A DNA stretch of 64,000 nt from Octopus sinensis (lineage: Eukaryota), in contig NW_021832223.1 in the NCBI RefSeq assembly GCF_006345805.1, positions 248,001 through 312,000 on the forward strand. The letters are read 5' to 3'. Positions 25,672-39,174 of the stretch are shown here, piece by piece. Under the pieces are notes generated by a model. The model made no database searches. It was given only the letters and a program-made list of their open reading frames with translations, and was not told where the DNA came from. Position 1 is the stretch's first letter; each line of letters starts with the position of its first letter. The translations under genes and the position numbers were made by a program.

Positions 25672-27643
25672 ATGAGTTACAAAGACTTGGTTGACAGCAA
25701 AAAGGCCAAACTCGAAGCACTCAAATCGTCGCGTCTACAAAGAGAAGCCAGGAAAAAACATCAGGAGGTTTGTGAGCACAAATATGTCAGTCCTCAGCCT
25801 CCCTATCTACCCTCTCTGACACTCGGGAAGTGAGGTCGGAGGCTCACAAACTCTTGTCCGAACTAGGCCTGACAGTGACCCAGTCAAATGAAGCCAAAAT
25901 GGCACACTCCCTCTCTAATCTTTCACTGAAGGACTCATTTCTCGATGCACAAACATCGTATTCTATTTTCCCTAATCTCAGTTCTCCACTGCCACGGACT
26001 AACAACGCCGACAAGTCCACAGAATGTCTGCTAATAACCGTTCCCACTGCGACCTACCAAAAGTCCACACAAACCGCAGAATTGACTACACATTCGACTC
26101 CAAAGCCAATTATCAGCCATGCCACGGAAATTGTAGAGTCGGAGACCTGTTCGGAGACCTCCGTCGTCAGTGATGAAGTGTCCCCGGTGTTGGGAGACCA
26201 GGAGATCGAGGAAATCGTGAATTGTCCGGATTTTACTCATTTTTTATTTCACGGACTCAACGTTGCGGAAAGATTGCTTGGGGAGGACGACAAAGACATT
26301 TTTATGGACTATTCCGCCGATTTAACAGTTGTGGAAGACAAGACGAGTGCTGACCATCTCACTCTGCGGAGGGTTTTCTCAGACCCCAAAACCAAGGCAG
26401 TCACCACGGCCATGGACTGGGCTCACAATGTTGTCCATTTTTTACTATTTTAGTACCCCGAACTGCTGATTTGTGCCTACGGAAACGAAAGAAATTCTGC
26501 GGTGGTGTGGAATCTCAACTACAGCAAGCAAACCCCCGAATTTGTTTTGACATCATCGGTGGGGTGATTACGTAATGGATAGTCCCCAGTCACGGCGATA
26601 TGTTCCCCGAAATACAACCCCAATTATATTGTGGGTGGCACTTGTTCTGGACAGGTTATTTTGTGGGACAAACGAGTGCACAAACGGACGCCCAGTATGA
26701 GGACACAAATCTGTCCACGAGCACATGCTGTTTGGGCAATAATGATTATTACAGCACAGAGTGCACTACGTGGCAATAACAGGGACCAGTAATGCCCACA
26801 ACCTCGTCACTGCTTCCAATGATGGACGGGTGTGCTGGTGGTCGATGGATATGCTTACTCAGCCAATTGTTAAATGTACTTTTCTGACTTTAGGAGTCAC
26901 ATGACCTCGCTGTGTCCTCTAACAAGTTAATGGTCAGTTCAATGACCTTCCTTCCGTCTGATATCTCCAATTTTCTGACGGGGACTATAGATGGGTCACT
27001 CCATGCGCACGTGAGGGATGGGAGGTGGTCTATTCTGAATATGACAGCTCGATAACTTCGGGATTCAAGTATGAGGGACATTCCAGTCTGGTCACGTGCA
27101 TATCTCCCAATCACACTCGAGGACATGTCGACTTGTCGTCCTTCTTTATCACGTCCTCGATGGACTGGACGGTCAAGTTGTGGAAACTTAATGTGAGTGG
27201 TTTGTGTCTTCATTGCAGGAGAGGAAGGCACTCCACACCTTCGAGAACGGAGTGGACAACATTTATGGAGTCCAGTGGTCTCCCACCCATCCGGCACTCT
27301 TCTCTTCAGTCGATGGGGAAGGAAGGATCAGCTTGTGGAATGTCCTTAAAGACGTGGAGGTGGGTTTCCGTTGAGTGTTGCAGTTTCCTGTTACATGTGC
27401 GGCGAGTTCAGCAGGTGCAATGTCGTGTTGTCGGTGGCATCCCTCAGGGGGAGTATTGGCTGGGGCGGATTCGTTGGGGCGGGCGTATATTTATGATGTG
27501 GCTGAGGTAGTCCCGTCTGTGAGTGGTAGTCTCAGCCTGCTGTGGAGGACTGGCAGGAAGTGGGTGGATTGTTTAGTCAGATGTTGTCTTCGGAGGACGA
27601 GTATGTGTCAGATAGGTCTACTATTCTTCGCTCGTTTTCTTGA
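25672..27643 (+). CDS. DYNC1I: Cytoplasmic dynein-1 intermediate chain
   Basis: N-terminal coiled coil MSYKDLVDSKKAKLEALK; WD40 motifs WAHN|YPELL, YEGHSSLVT, SSMDWTVKLW, WSPTHPALF; 23-26 nt introns. Confidence 0.9.
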
Positions 27644-28133
27644 TTGCTTTAAATATTCTTAAATATGCTGTTTCTTTGCTTGCATTAGTCAATGTGACTC
27701 GAATAAGGCACATCGAGCAATCTCGTGTTTGTTGGTGAATTTGACAAATATGCCCCAATAAAACTATTTTGAGAAAAAACCGGATATGTCAAATTGAGCA
27801 GATTATATACCTCGCTTAACCACATTTTCCAACTTTTTTCATTTATTCTTCAAGTGCTCATCTCGTCCCAAAAAATATTCAAAACTATCTCATTAGCGTA
27901 ATCCTTGGACTGCTCTCATCCTGAATGAAAAAGTTTTATTGTATGCTAAAAGAGAACACGAAACGACTGCTTTCATTATATGCTTTCCCTTATTAATTTA
28001 GTCCTATGCTTTTTGTGGTTGATGTTAATCTTTACAGCTGGTTGTCTCAAGTGGAAAGGAAGTAACCTCATTAGTCGGACGTTTATGTTAATAGGCAGAC
28101 ATATAAACACAGAATTTAGACACGATATTCCAA

Positions 28134-29700
28134 ATGACAATTCTCAGGATATCAAAAAATAATCGTAAAGTAAGGGCACCACTTCACACCCAGACTCACT
28201 TGAAGGACATAATCCAGGAAAATAGGGCGAGGGGAAACAAGGAGAGGTGTCTGTCACGTGTCATTTCTTCAAAAGAGTTAGAAAGGAGAAATGTAGGAGC
28301 ATATATTAATCCCTAAGGTAGTGAACGAGTTGGTAAAGGGAGAAAGGACCCTCATCGCTGACTTGGAAAACCTCGAAGCGGTAAGACGGGAGTACCACAA
28401 TTGTAGTTTGGCACAAAAATGATGTACTCGTTCACTGGGGAGGTATGCAAAGGGATTGACATGATGTTTCGCTTTACTCGTAGTCTGAGACCTCTCCACG
28501 AAGGTTTCCATTACAGTGGGTAGTGCAGATTTGGCTAGTCGGTTGGAATCGAGACACGAAAGAGTGAGTCAGATATTTAAAAACTGGGTACCACGTTTGA
28601 TGAAATAGGGTCAGCTGAACACGTTGGGGGCCTACGAATCCTACTGCCGGGATTTAGTAGAAGCCCGAATATACTACAATATGTTCAAAGAGCATTCCAA
28701 GACATCCTCTTTTATAAACGGGTGGTTCAAAACACCCCAAAGTCGGCGACTTGATTTGTGGTCCTTCATCGGTTGTGGGTTTGGAGTATATCCGCAGATG
28801 CCCCCCGAGCAGAATGATGAAGTACACTCTCCTTTTGGAACGTCTTGGGGAAATGGTGAGAAGACTTGATTGAGTGGTAGTCTGCTTCCCAATTCGAGAA
28901 GAACGAGCTGCATCAAGTCATACAACACATCAAAGTATTTTTACACAAGTTGGACGTGGTTGGAGGACAACAGACGGCCCAGTCGATCATGTCTCGACTA
29001 ATAGTCACCAATAAACACGTTTTCCTTAGTTTCATGGATAGAACGTAGACGACCTTCTCAATGCCAACACACTGGTGATGAGTGACCAGTTCAGCGACCT
29101 AAAAGGAAATGTTTAATTATGCTTCCTTATTTAAAGAAAATTACCACGTTTCTATTTGACAATGTACTTCTGCTCACCAAGAAACTCACGTGCCCATTTC
29201 AAACTAATTATCAACTCAAGTCGTCCATTCTCATCTCCAACCTCAAAGTCCAGGATGTCCCTGACTCGAGAATTGGCGGAGTGTTCGGTAACAAGGGTAG
29301 GGAGACCACTTACTATTTGTAGTGCAGCATGCATTCCGAGTCGAAGATAACATCAAATCCTACGTTCTCCAGGCCAGAAGTGAGGAACAGAAATCATCAT
29401 GGCTTGATTGCTTGACGGTGATATGATTGGGTTATCCACCTACTAACACGGATTTTTGATGTTTTAACAATTGTCGGTTAACTAAACCAGAAGATATGTG
29501 TAAAAAATACTGATTGGTCAGCATATAGGTCAAATTAGGTCAATCAAACATGGAAGTGAAATTATTTTCTCCAACGAGTGATGGAGGCGTCATCAGTCAC
29601 TTCAAAGTTGCTTTTGTTGATGGATGTCGTCAGCAATATTCAGATTGTCGAGACTCGGACAGTTAGAAACGGAACAGATTGACTTGGTCTTTGCTTAAGA
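28134..29700 (+). CDS. RhoGEF (DH-PH), NET1/ARHGEF3-like; ends uncertain
   Basis: ERRN|VVNELVKGERTLIADLE, SRRLDLWSF, PH end YVLQARSEEQKSSWLDCL. Confidence 0.75.
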
Positions 29701-29749
29701 ACTATTAGGTTGATTTTGAACTTTAATAGTTTGAGGAAATATACTTATA

Positions 29750-30100
29750 AACTGTACAATCTTGTTCAAATGGTGTCGTGATTTCCCAGATTGAACAAAT
29801 CTAAAAAATTGTAATCAAAAGTTCGCTAAAATGTGTATAGAATACCCACTTGATGACTACTGATCGACTTTATTAAAGGCTTTTAATCATTTTAAGTCAA
29901 TATAAGTTTTATCTGTGAACAAATCTGACTCAGTATCTCTCTTTTATTCAAACAATGTGACATTCCAATAGTAGAAATATTATCATAAAGCGTTTTTGCT
30001 GAAACAATCTGTGTCGGTTCCTGACTAAAAATACCTCCTAGTGATATAGACAAGTAGATATCCAATGTGATTTGGAAAAAAGACTGTTGTCCTAAAACTC
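29750..30100 (-). mobile_element. Highly decayed LINE RT remnant
   Basis: YIDLK*LKAFNKV-like RT motif only. Confidence 0.35.
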
Positions 30101-30862
30101 TTTTAATGTGAAAAGACGAACATTTTTATCCACCACAAACGAAGGCTGAGAATGCAAGAGGAGAGAAAAAGAAACGAAAACATTAGTTTGTGTTAAATAA
30201 ATCGAACGAAATTAATCTGTCTGTTCTTTAAAAGGGAAAAAGCAAGCCGAATAGGAATCAAAAAATGTTGATGGCTAGCGGGAATCGGCCTTGGATCTCA
30301 TAAATTTATAGATCGGAAAAAAACAAATTTTATTTAAAAGTATTTTGGCAGAAAAAACTTTGATAAACAATAATTTTTATCGAAAAGGGACATTTCTGTA
30401 GATCTATGTCAGTATTCGTGAATTAATGACCCTGGTCTAATTCCATTTTTTATTAATTAGCATTATTTGAGATTTATGTCCCTCTTAGTAAGAATATTTT
30501 GCAGCAGTCCAAAAAGTCATTACTCGGTAATTTTAATCTGTGCGAAAACTGCATAATAGTACATTCCAGTGAAGTATAATTATTTAAAAGATTAAATTAG
30601 CTGGGATTGTCTCCACATTTTTCAACCTTCTTAAAAATGTGTTATATTCAAACAGGAGCTTTAAAGATAAAATTTTAGTGGAACATGGATTAAAGAGATT
30701 CTTAGAAAACGGAGACTAATTAACAATTAAAAAAAACAAAAAGTTTCTTAATTAACAAGATTAGTTATTTATTCCGAATAGTATCAACTTTTTTCAATTC
30801 TAAAGCAATTACAAGCAGTAAAATACTGCTAAGAGCAGACTCGATTGCATCTCCGCTCACCT

Positions 30863-33800
30863 TCAAACTGTAAATATTCTTTTTAGTCGACTTATCAAGA
30901 CTATTCTACAACATTAGTGTGGAATGTGCCTTAAAACTGGTCGCGAATAAACTGATGTCGGCCAGTAGAATAGTAATGAACGAATTCTTGTGGTCCTCCC
31001 CAAAATATTCGAGACAGTTTTTTGCCTTTTGCTTTAAATGTTGAAATACGTGTAACCACAATCCTGGTCCTCTGTGCTGCTATTTGTTCCAAACTGACTT
31101 TATTTTGATTAACAAAGTCCATCAAGCTGGCAGACTCGTTCTGTTTGGCCTGGATTTGTTGGAAAGTGTTTTCAAATTCAGCCAACTCCACGTCCAGGTC
31201 CTCCAAATGATCTGAAATGGCACAAATCCAACAAACCACAGTCATTCACCACCGACCTGAGGGTGGGAAAGTCCTTGTAAAAGTCCTCGATTTCTGGGAA
31301 GGAGGTGTGGATTGTGGCTGCTATGTAATTTATTAACTTGTCCTTTCCGTTGTTGCTGGGGATGTTGCAGATCTGCTTTTAATTAACAGTTTTACTTTCT
31401 CGATAGAACTCATTCTGAATCCGACGGCAGGGGCCCTCCGTCCGTAGTTCATGTAATTCCCAATGGCCAGGATTACCTAGGTCTAAAACTTGGCCTTACT
31501 TCAATGACTTGGGTCAGTTTTTTGGAGTTCATTACACTGTCAATGGTGGATTCGATGGCACTATAGCCCTACCAACATTACACCCACAACGCCAAACATT
31601 TTCAAATTTTCCCGCGTTTTTAGGGTAGTTGACCATAAATGTCACATAATCTATTTTCAGTTTTATATTTTTTACGGAAATTATCTGAAAACAGGCATAT
31701 AATTATACTTTAATAAAAAACTGGTCTTCTTTAGGAAGGTCGGCTGCCGACTCCTTACCACTGATGTACTTCTTAAAAGTTTCGATCTTTCAAAAATAGT
31801 CAATATATTCACCTCCTCCTTGCTGGGAGTGATTTGGCGGAGAATTTCAAGACTTTCCATCTCCTGAAGATGTTTCTCATATCTGAGTGTCTCATTTCTC
31901 GACAACCTGTCCAAGGATTGGGTGATCTCGTCGATTCTGTTCCCAATAGTCCGAATTGCGATTGCTTACTATAGTGGGGTGGTCTACCAATGTTTCGTTG
32001 TCGGTCGGAGGAAAGAAGACTCATGTTCGGCAACTGTTGGCTCTTGATTGAGGGCATTCGTTTCTTCTTCCCTTTTTCGATAAAAAATTTGTTTTCGATT
32101 TCTTCCAGGTCGAGGTGCTGGATTGAGTTTTCTAGTTTGTTACCTCGTACACTTCTTCGTCGTTTATGCCATCAAAAATTGTGTTTTTTATGTTTTTCTG
32201 GTTGATTGCATTCCAGTGGATGTTCGGCAAAGGTTTCCTCGCCGTGGGAATATTTTTTGTCTTCATGCCTGCAATAATCACTCATAAATAACTCTTCCGC
32301 AATGACCCCGGGGGAGGAGGAGGCGGGGGAGCCACCCCAGTCTGCATAAAACCACGTGAATATACCTTATTCGGCGGTGGAGGAGGGGTCACATCAGTCT
32401 GCATAAAACCACGTGAATATACCTTATTCGGCGGCGGAGGAGGGGTCACATCAGGCTGCATAAAACCACGTGAATATACTTTATTCGGAGAGTGAGGAGT
32501 AACTGGACATTGTATCTCTTCCTTTGGGGAAGAAGGGACTGAAAATTGAAGGCTCGGGAGGGACTTCTTGGGAGAGTCTGGATCTTTCATAATGGATGTC
32601 TAAAATGGGTTGTTTTGGAGTACTCGGGTCTTGTGGAATGGTTTGAGGGAGTCCTAAGAATTACTATTTTTGGGGGACCTCTTTGATAAGACATGGCTTT
32701 ATTGACTTATAATCCATATAGCGTGCCTTTGTGGGTAATGTGAGGAATACTCGTTCCATCTCCGGCTTCAGTTCTTCAATTAATTTTTTGACTTTTTTGC
32801 ATTGATCGAACTTGTCCAGTATGCTTTGAAAATTAAGTTTGTTGTCCTGGTAGTGCTGGATGGCCTTGGTCAGAGACTTGCTATGAGCCAAGGAGAGTTG
32901 CTGGAATATGAGAGTGACCTACGTGGAGTGTGTTGTCAAAATTGTGTGTTTGGAGAGTGTATTGAAGGGCCAGTGCTTTGTGATTGTTGTCCAGTAGTGA
33001 GTTGGTGTAGTTGTCGATGAAGGAAATGATCACAATCTACCAATTAGACAATACCTACTCTCAAGTCGAGGTCATCCGTCCATTCCAACATTTTGCAAAT
33101 CAACTCGAAATTGTACTTTTCCATATATGCCTGCAATATAACTAATCAGAAACGTGAGTAAACGACTCGACAGCATCCACCACTTCCATTTTCCCGCCAT
33201 AAAATGCGACAATATTGAGGATATTGAGGATCTGGAATGTCGTCCTTGTGAGTGAAAGAGGAGGATTTACCCTTCGTGTCTCGTCACAACGCAAGAGTAG
33301 ACCGTTTTGACCAACGTATGATTGTTTATTACAATTTTGTTGTACCCGATCTGTCTGTTTAGGAATTGCTACTTTTTTGTTGATTATGTCTTTGATGCAC
33401 AAAATTGAATAGTAAATAGTCTTTTTGATTATTCGAATATCTTCGCTGTCCTCCAAGAAGGAGTCCTCTCCCCTCCCATTCTCCACTCGTTGATGTTTCT
33501 TGTCCACTTTTTTGATAAAACTGTGAATGGGGTATTACTCCGACCTCTCTAGCAGTCTCTCAATCAAGTTGTGGAGCACGGAGATTCCTGCATTTTCGTC
33601 CGATATGAACTGTTCCAGGAATCTACACTGTCACCACGAGAGGGCACGAAATTGGCTGCGTTCGGAGAGAGGCGTCCAAATGGATTATCACTTTGGTCAG
33701 TTTTTTGGATTTGAGGTTCTACGTTGTCATGTTAGCAGCTACATTTTGAAGGTTTTTTATTTTGCTGATAAATACTCGCGGATTTTTCACGTTTTCCACC

Positions 33801-33979
33801 AATTTCTTGGATGAGGTGAACACATGTACCTGCAAAATAATCAAATCCAGTTTTTTAAGTTCTGAGAAACTTTCCGCCTCTCTTTTCAAGTCCGTGTCGA
33901 GGTCCAATCCTTCTAAGATTTGTTCAAAATCTTTAATTATCTGCTCGCTCTCAGGGATGTTGTTGACCATCGACGACAT
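30863..33979 (-). CDS. Formin (GBD/FH3-FH1-FH2, DAAM/Diaphanous-like)
   Basis: GBD-like IIKDFEQILEGLDL, LSSDRQRNI, GNYMNYG..GFRMSS, LEYFGED; start and last exon uncertain. Confidence 0.8.
32310..32490 (-). repeat. 3 x 57-bp coding repeat forming the formin FH1 (PNKVYSRGFMQTDVTPPPP)
   Basis: CATAAAACCACGTGAATA at 32345, 32402 and 32459. Confidence 0.9.
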
Positions 33980-34115
33980 TGCGACAATCACGGCAATCTG
34001 GACTTATGAATATTCTAATTAATGAATTTAATTCGTCCTAATTAGAAGCCGCTGCCGCCCAAACAGTCACAAACAGTAAAATATATTTTGACAATATTAT
34101 CAACAAATTGAGCAA

Positions 34116-34888
34116 TTAATAATTCCCTTTTCGAGCTTTGCTTGCATCGTAATATTTCCTGACTGGTCTCTGTGGCTTTGGGGGCACCTCCTCGACAGGC
34201 TTCCGCAGGATGGTGGGCGTTTCAGCCTTATTGCGGAGACTTTGAGTGAAATTCGCTCTTTTCTCTCTCTTATTAAGAATATGGTCGATCAAAGGTGTGG
34301 AGGACTTCATTAACTCTACAAATAAACCCACCACCCACCATGTTTCTTTTTTTCCTTGGCCTCAATGCCCTCTAACATTGTCTCGATCGACATGTTGCCT
34401 TTCTTCGTGTTCATTTCGGCTATGAATTTCTGGTAGTCCTCATCTACAGAAAATAAAGCCACTCAACCCTCCTCGATGGTCTCCTCTGTGCACTGTCCTT
34501 CCCCTTCTGGGATATTTTGAGACATGGAGAACTCCACCAGACATTTGTACTCGAATCCTTCAGTCAAAACACGTTTCTAACCATTCTCGTCTAAAATGAC
34601 TTTCCCGCTGAATTGGCTGAATTCGTAGACGCTCTTATAATCCTCAAAGCTTATGTAGGCAGTGGTATAGCTCGAACGGTGGTTCCTTGAGGTGATCAAG
34701 AATGACCCCACTTTACTAATGGGGGGGATAAGTAGAAATATTTGTGTGGCGCAATTGGCCCGAAATGGCTCAGGAATTCTTCCTTGTTTATATTTGGGGG
34801 AAGTTTTCTGACAGTTATCTTTTGGAGTTATCAAATATTTTAATGCCTTTAGAAACTTCTCAGTGTTGCCAGGTTCCATAAGCACCAT
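34116..34888 (-). CDS. UPF3: Nonsense-mediated decay factor UPF3-like (5' end uncertain)
   Basis: SYTTAYISFEDYKSVYEF..GKVILDENG|FEYKCLVEF..DDYQKF..STPLIDHI match the Smg4/UPF3 pattern. Confidence 0.7.
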
Positions 34889-35174
34889 AAAGTTCTAAAT
34901 ATATATTTATTCAAAATATATCAATTTTTTTAACTTTCCAACTTTATTATATTAGTTTCTTCTGGCTGTTTGGATGAGGTAAAATTCGTGACGACATATA
35001 AGCAAGTGGTAGCCGAGTTTATCGGTCTGTACGCAGCATTAGTGTTTGGCCAATACTAGTAGACATAGGCAGATTCGTCGTCCAGGAAGCATAAGTTGAC
35101 TCACAAGGCTAATAGTTCAGCAAAGCCCAGTCAGAGGCTGGCTACTCATTTTTAATCATGCCAATTGTCAATCC

Positions 35175-35345
35175 GTTCGTTATTATTATTATTTAAGCCA
35201 AACAAAATCACCGTCTTAACCATTAACTAACACGTTCAGGTGATTCCGACACTTCTCAACAGTCGAGCCATCTTTTCACGATGTTCCGACCGTGACCCCA
35301 CACACTTTCACGAGCCATCTTTCGTTCGATTCTTCGGCATAACAA
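35175..35345 (-). mobile_element. LINE 3'-terminal fragment with (TAA)n tail
   Basis: CVGSRSEHREKMARLLRSVGIT* then GACGGTGATTTTG..(TAA)n, matching the 3' end of 50355-51785. Confidence 0.75.
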
Positions 35346-35611
35346 TTACTACTAATATAACAATAATTTTGCAGAATAACATTAATTAAAATTTCCAGCA
35401 AAACCAACTACAGTAAACTCGAGAAATTTTAGAAATGGGCAGATTCGATAATTTCCCTAAGAAATTTATATTTTGCTTAAATAATTGCGGATTCAAGAGA
35501 GCTTACAGTACTAACATCACAAATATGTTCGAATGACCTAACCTTACGACTCAATCTGTCAACAGAAAGCAGATTACTTTTCCCTAGTCTATGCATCTCA
35601 GAATAGTAAAA

Positions 35612-37716
35612 TTAGTTGGAATACGTATTACGAATGAGGATATTGTACTTGGCGTCAATATCCCCCCAAATTTGGTTAAATGTCAAGTCGTCCTCATTAG
35701 TGAAATAAAGAATGAACAAAATTCGTTTGTTCACGTCCCCCTCAAAGTATAAATTTGCACCACTAAACAAGACCGGCTCAATCCTCGTTGCCAAAAAGTA
35801 TTTATCGTGTTCACTCCAACCACGACTAATGAAGCGGAAGAACGACATCAAATAAAGCAGAACCCGTCGACAGTGAGAAGACATTAACTCAATCACCTCC
35901 CTTTAACCCCCAACCATACCTTCACCACCGACGAGACCGACGGATTCTCAAAGTACTCCATTAGATCAGGACTCACCAACGACTCAGGAAGGCAGCTTAG
36001 AATCACGAGGATTGTCTGCAGTGTGGCCGGGGCTGAGGCTACAAATATTAATAAATGATCACCCTCGAGAGTGGCAGGAGTACAGCACTGACAATACCCG
36101 TCCATACACTTGACAATATGACAGATCTCACTTTGACGATCCTCCTCCAAACAAGTGTGGATGTCCTCCTGTCTTTGACGCAGAAAACAGTCAATCAGAA
36201 AATATAGTTCTTTGGGGACTGGCAATTCCCTCTGACAACCATCCACTTCACTCCGTGTCTGACAGGCAATTGGCTCCACGAGAGAACACGTATACTTGAG
36301 CTCCTGTCCGACGGAGGTGGGAGGGAAGAATCCTTCAACCGAGACGAAATAATGTGACCCTCCGTTGACCTTGATGATCAACATGTGGTCTATCTTTCCT
36401 TTCTTTTCACGGAAGTACTCCAATTCGAGACTGGTGATGTGGATAGACACGTGCACGGTAACCGACGTCCCGCGGTGAAGGAGGTGACTCCGCGGCTCCA
36501 CGGTGACCCACGTTTTTCTCAGTCCATTCTCAGAATCAGCCACCTCAATGTCAAAAAGGGCTTCCGTGGACCCGACGTTGCTCACGGAAAATGTGCGTTC
36601 GACAATTTCCATGAAAAAGACCTCACCAAAGCGAAGTTCGTTGCTAGAAATGAGGACCTTCGGCTGGAGGTGCATTTCCTTCCTGGAATTCTCTTCATAA
36701 AAATATTTCGTCGTCTTCTCCTTCTTCCGTTGGTCAACGGTCCCCACTTGCACGGAAAACAGTCCCCTAACAGGTCGGTGGTCACTAAAACGGATATTCG
36801 GAAGGCTTTGATAGACAAGACACTGGACGGGATTGGCAGGACAGTGGAAATAGAGGACACGGTCAGTCCAGGCGGGGACTCTGCCCTTCCCACTCGAGTC
36901 GTACTGGTCAGTCCCACTGTCGAATTTGTAGGTCGGCGGGAACGTGATTGGGGCCTCCTCGTAGTCCACAAACACCTCCCCTTCCCGTCGCCCGACAGAC
37001 AGTTGGTCGGCCGCAAGGAGGTCGGAAAGACGGCCGTTTTTGACTTTCCAACGGACATGGTCGTTTGGGATATTGGTCAGTCGGTAATTGAGATCCCCCA
37101 ACCAAAAAACCACGTCTTGTCTGTCTTGGAGAAACGTATTTGCCATATCTCGAAAGTTTTGATTTCTTTCAGCAACATTCTCGTCATAGGCAGGAAAGTG
37201 TGACCCCACAAACGTGATTTGTGAGTCACGGAAACGAAGTGTGGCAGCCAATCCCCCTTTATTGCCAATCAGTCCCATCAGCCCAGTGGCCAAATACTGT
37301 TCCCTGACCAACGAAATGTCCCCCTGGCAGTGATTTGCCGTGTAAATGAAAAGTGTGATGCCAAAAAGTCGCTGTCGGGATGTCCTCACGAATCCTCCAT
37401 TCATGTATCGGTCGATGAGGGACAACCACTCTTGTTCGCGGACGGTGATCCCCGACGACCTCAGAAAGGCCTCTGTGCCCAAATCCATTTCCTGGAGGGA
37501 CACTGCGTATATTTCTGGGAGGGGATATTCGGGAGGAGGAAGGAATAATTCTCGCAGTGATTCCTTTGGCAGTCGGGAGTTGACGTTGAAGGTTATGCAC
37601 ATTATGTTGATGGACGAGTATGTCGTGTATTCCTTTTGGTGTTCGTTCAAGTAGTAGGCCAGTTCGAGTTTTGTCTGGACTGGTTGGGACATTTTATTAC
37701 CGTCCAACTGAGACAT
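35612..37716 (-). CDS. OCRL: Inositol polyphosphate 5-phosphatase OCRL/INPP5B (5-phosphatase, ASH, RhoGAP-like)
   Basis: GNKGG, WLGDLNYRL, PPTYKF, PAWTDRVL, SDHRPV, then FGEV (ASH) and VPKELYFLID. Confidence 0.92.
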
Positions 37717-38344
37717 TGTGATGCCTGTTTTATGTCCAGATTTCACCAGATTAATTATTAATATTCAAACATCTGAATAATATATTAATTATATTCTAAT
37801 TAAATTATTTATTATCCAAAGCAATCCTTAAGTTAATGCCAGTGTTATGTTCTAAATGAGCTTATTTAGTTAAAAGATTAGGCGTGTTTGGTGTCGGAAT
37901 TTGCTCTTATCTTTTTATACGTGTCTGTTTATACTCTCAATTGGACATTTTATAGGTTGGCGTGATATCTCTAGTTATACAATGTATCTTTGACTTTAGA
38001 CATGTTTTCCAACATTACTTTATTGTTTTATTAAATAGTGGCATTGCGTTTCCAATGCCTAATTGCGATCTCTGGCTGAATATGTATAACTAGAATACGA
38101 TCTTTGAGAAATACCCCAGTCGTCCTCAAGCCCGACTTGACTAAATAGGACAGACATCACCAAGCCAGGCATCAGAATGGGCCTAGCAAGGCAGTTTAGT
38201 CCGTAAAAAACCATTGAGCGTAATTAGCTGTTCATTGGGTACGGCAATAAAATTCACATTGTTAGTTAGGCCTACAATTTGTTAATAACAATCTAATTCA
38301 CAAAGCTCTGGGAAAAGCTGGTTTTCCTTAAATTCTGGAAACCG

Positions 38345-38721
38345 ACGGGCCTTCTTTTTGAAGATGCAAAACGTCCAGATGGCTGTACACTTTTCGCTTA
38401 TAAATCCGGGAAGCAGTCGTTTGGGACGTCACCTGTGCCGACTTTTTCGCCACGACTTGTCGACCCGGTTCGTCGGCGGAGAATGCCGAATTCGCGAAAC
38501 TAACGAAATACGAGGATTTACGCGATCGATTTTGCTTTTGGGAAATTGCCGTCGAGACTTCCTGTGCTTTTGGGGACAAGACGTTTACTCATCTTAAGAA
38601 ACTTGGCCGCCTGTGCACTTACCGCTCCAGAGATCCCAAAGAATTTATATTCCTTATTCAGAGGATCTCGCTGGCTGTTTTACGCGGGAATTGTCTTTCA
38701 ATCCTGCGAGCCAGTACTTAA
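38345..38721 (+). mobile_element. CRE-like retrotransposon 3' fragment
   Basis: VVWDVTCAD..AENAEFAKLTKY..IAVETS..IQRISLAVLRGNC. Confidence 0.8.
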
Positions 38722-38751
38722 TAGCTAGATTTTTTTTAACAATTTCCAATT

Positions 38752-39065
38752 TTAATATATAATGAGGAAAAGTGTTGAAAGATTAATCGAAGGGAGAACG
38801 AGCAGCCTGACGGATAGCCAAACTGTTCCCCCGGATAACGGCGATCGAGAACCGCTGGAAAAGCCAGTCCACCTCCCGAGGATCGTGAGTGCGCATTTCG
38901 CCCCAAGCTTGCGGAGGAATTTTTTCGTCATTGGACCAAGAGCACCCGACGTCGCCACCGCTATCGGCATCACGAAAAACTCATCCGAAAGGGCAGAATA
39001 TTTGGTTAGCTTTAAATCCTCAGCCTTCTTAGCAGCAGATTTAGCTTCCAGAGCACACAAAGTTA
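38752..39065 (-). mobile_element. CRE-like retrotransposon 3' fragment, tail-to-tail with the previous copy
   Basis: AAKKAEDLKLTKYSAL..PIAVATSGALGP..QRFSIAVIRGN. Confidence 0.8.
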
Positions 39066-39174
39066 GGTGTGAAGCAGAAGAATCAATAAACACAGTCTAG
39101 TACTCACAAACATAAAACAGTCCCTACTTTGCTACTATATTGTCTAACCCACCACCAAAAGTCGAAAAGAATAA

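Noticed and set aside
36385-37654. Antisense ORFs over OCRL and other genes
   Set aside because: Shadow ORFs from GC-richer coding sequence, with no domain signal.
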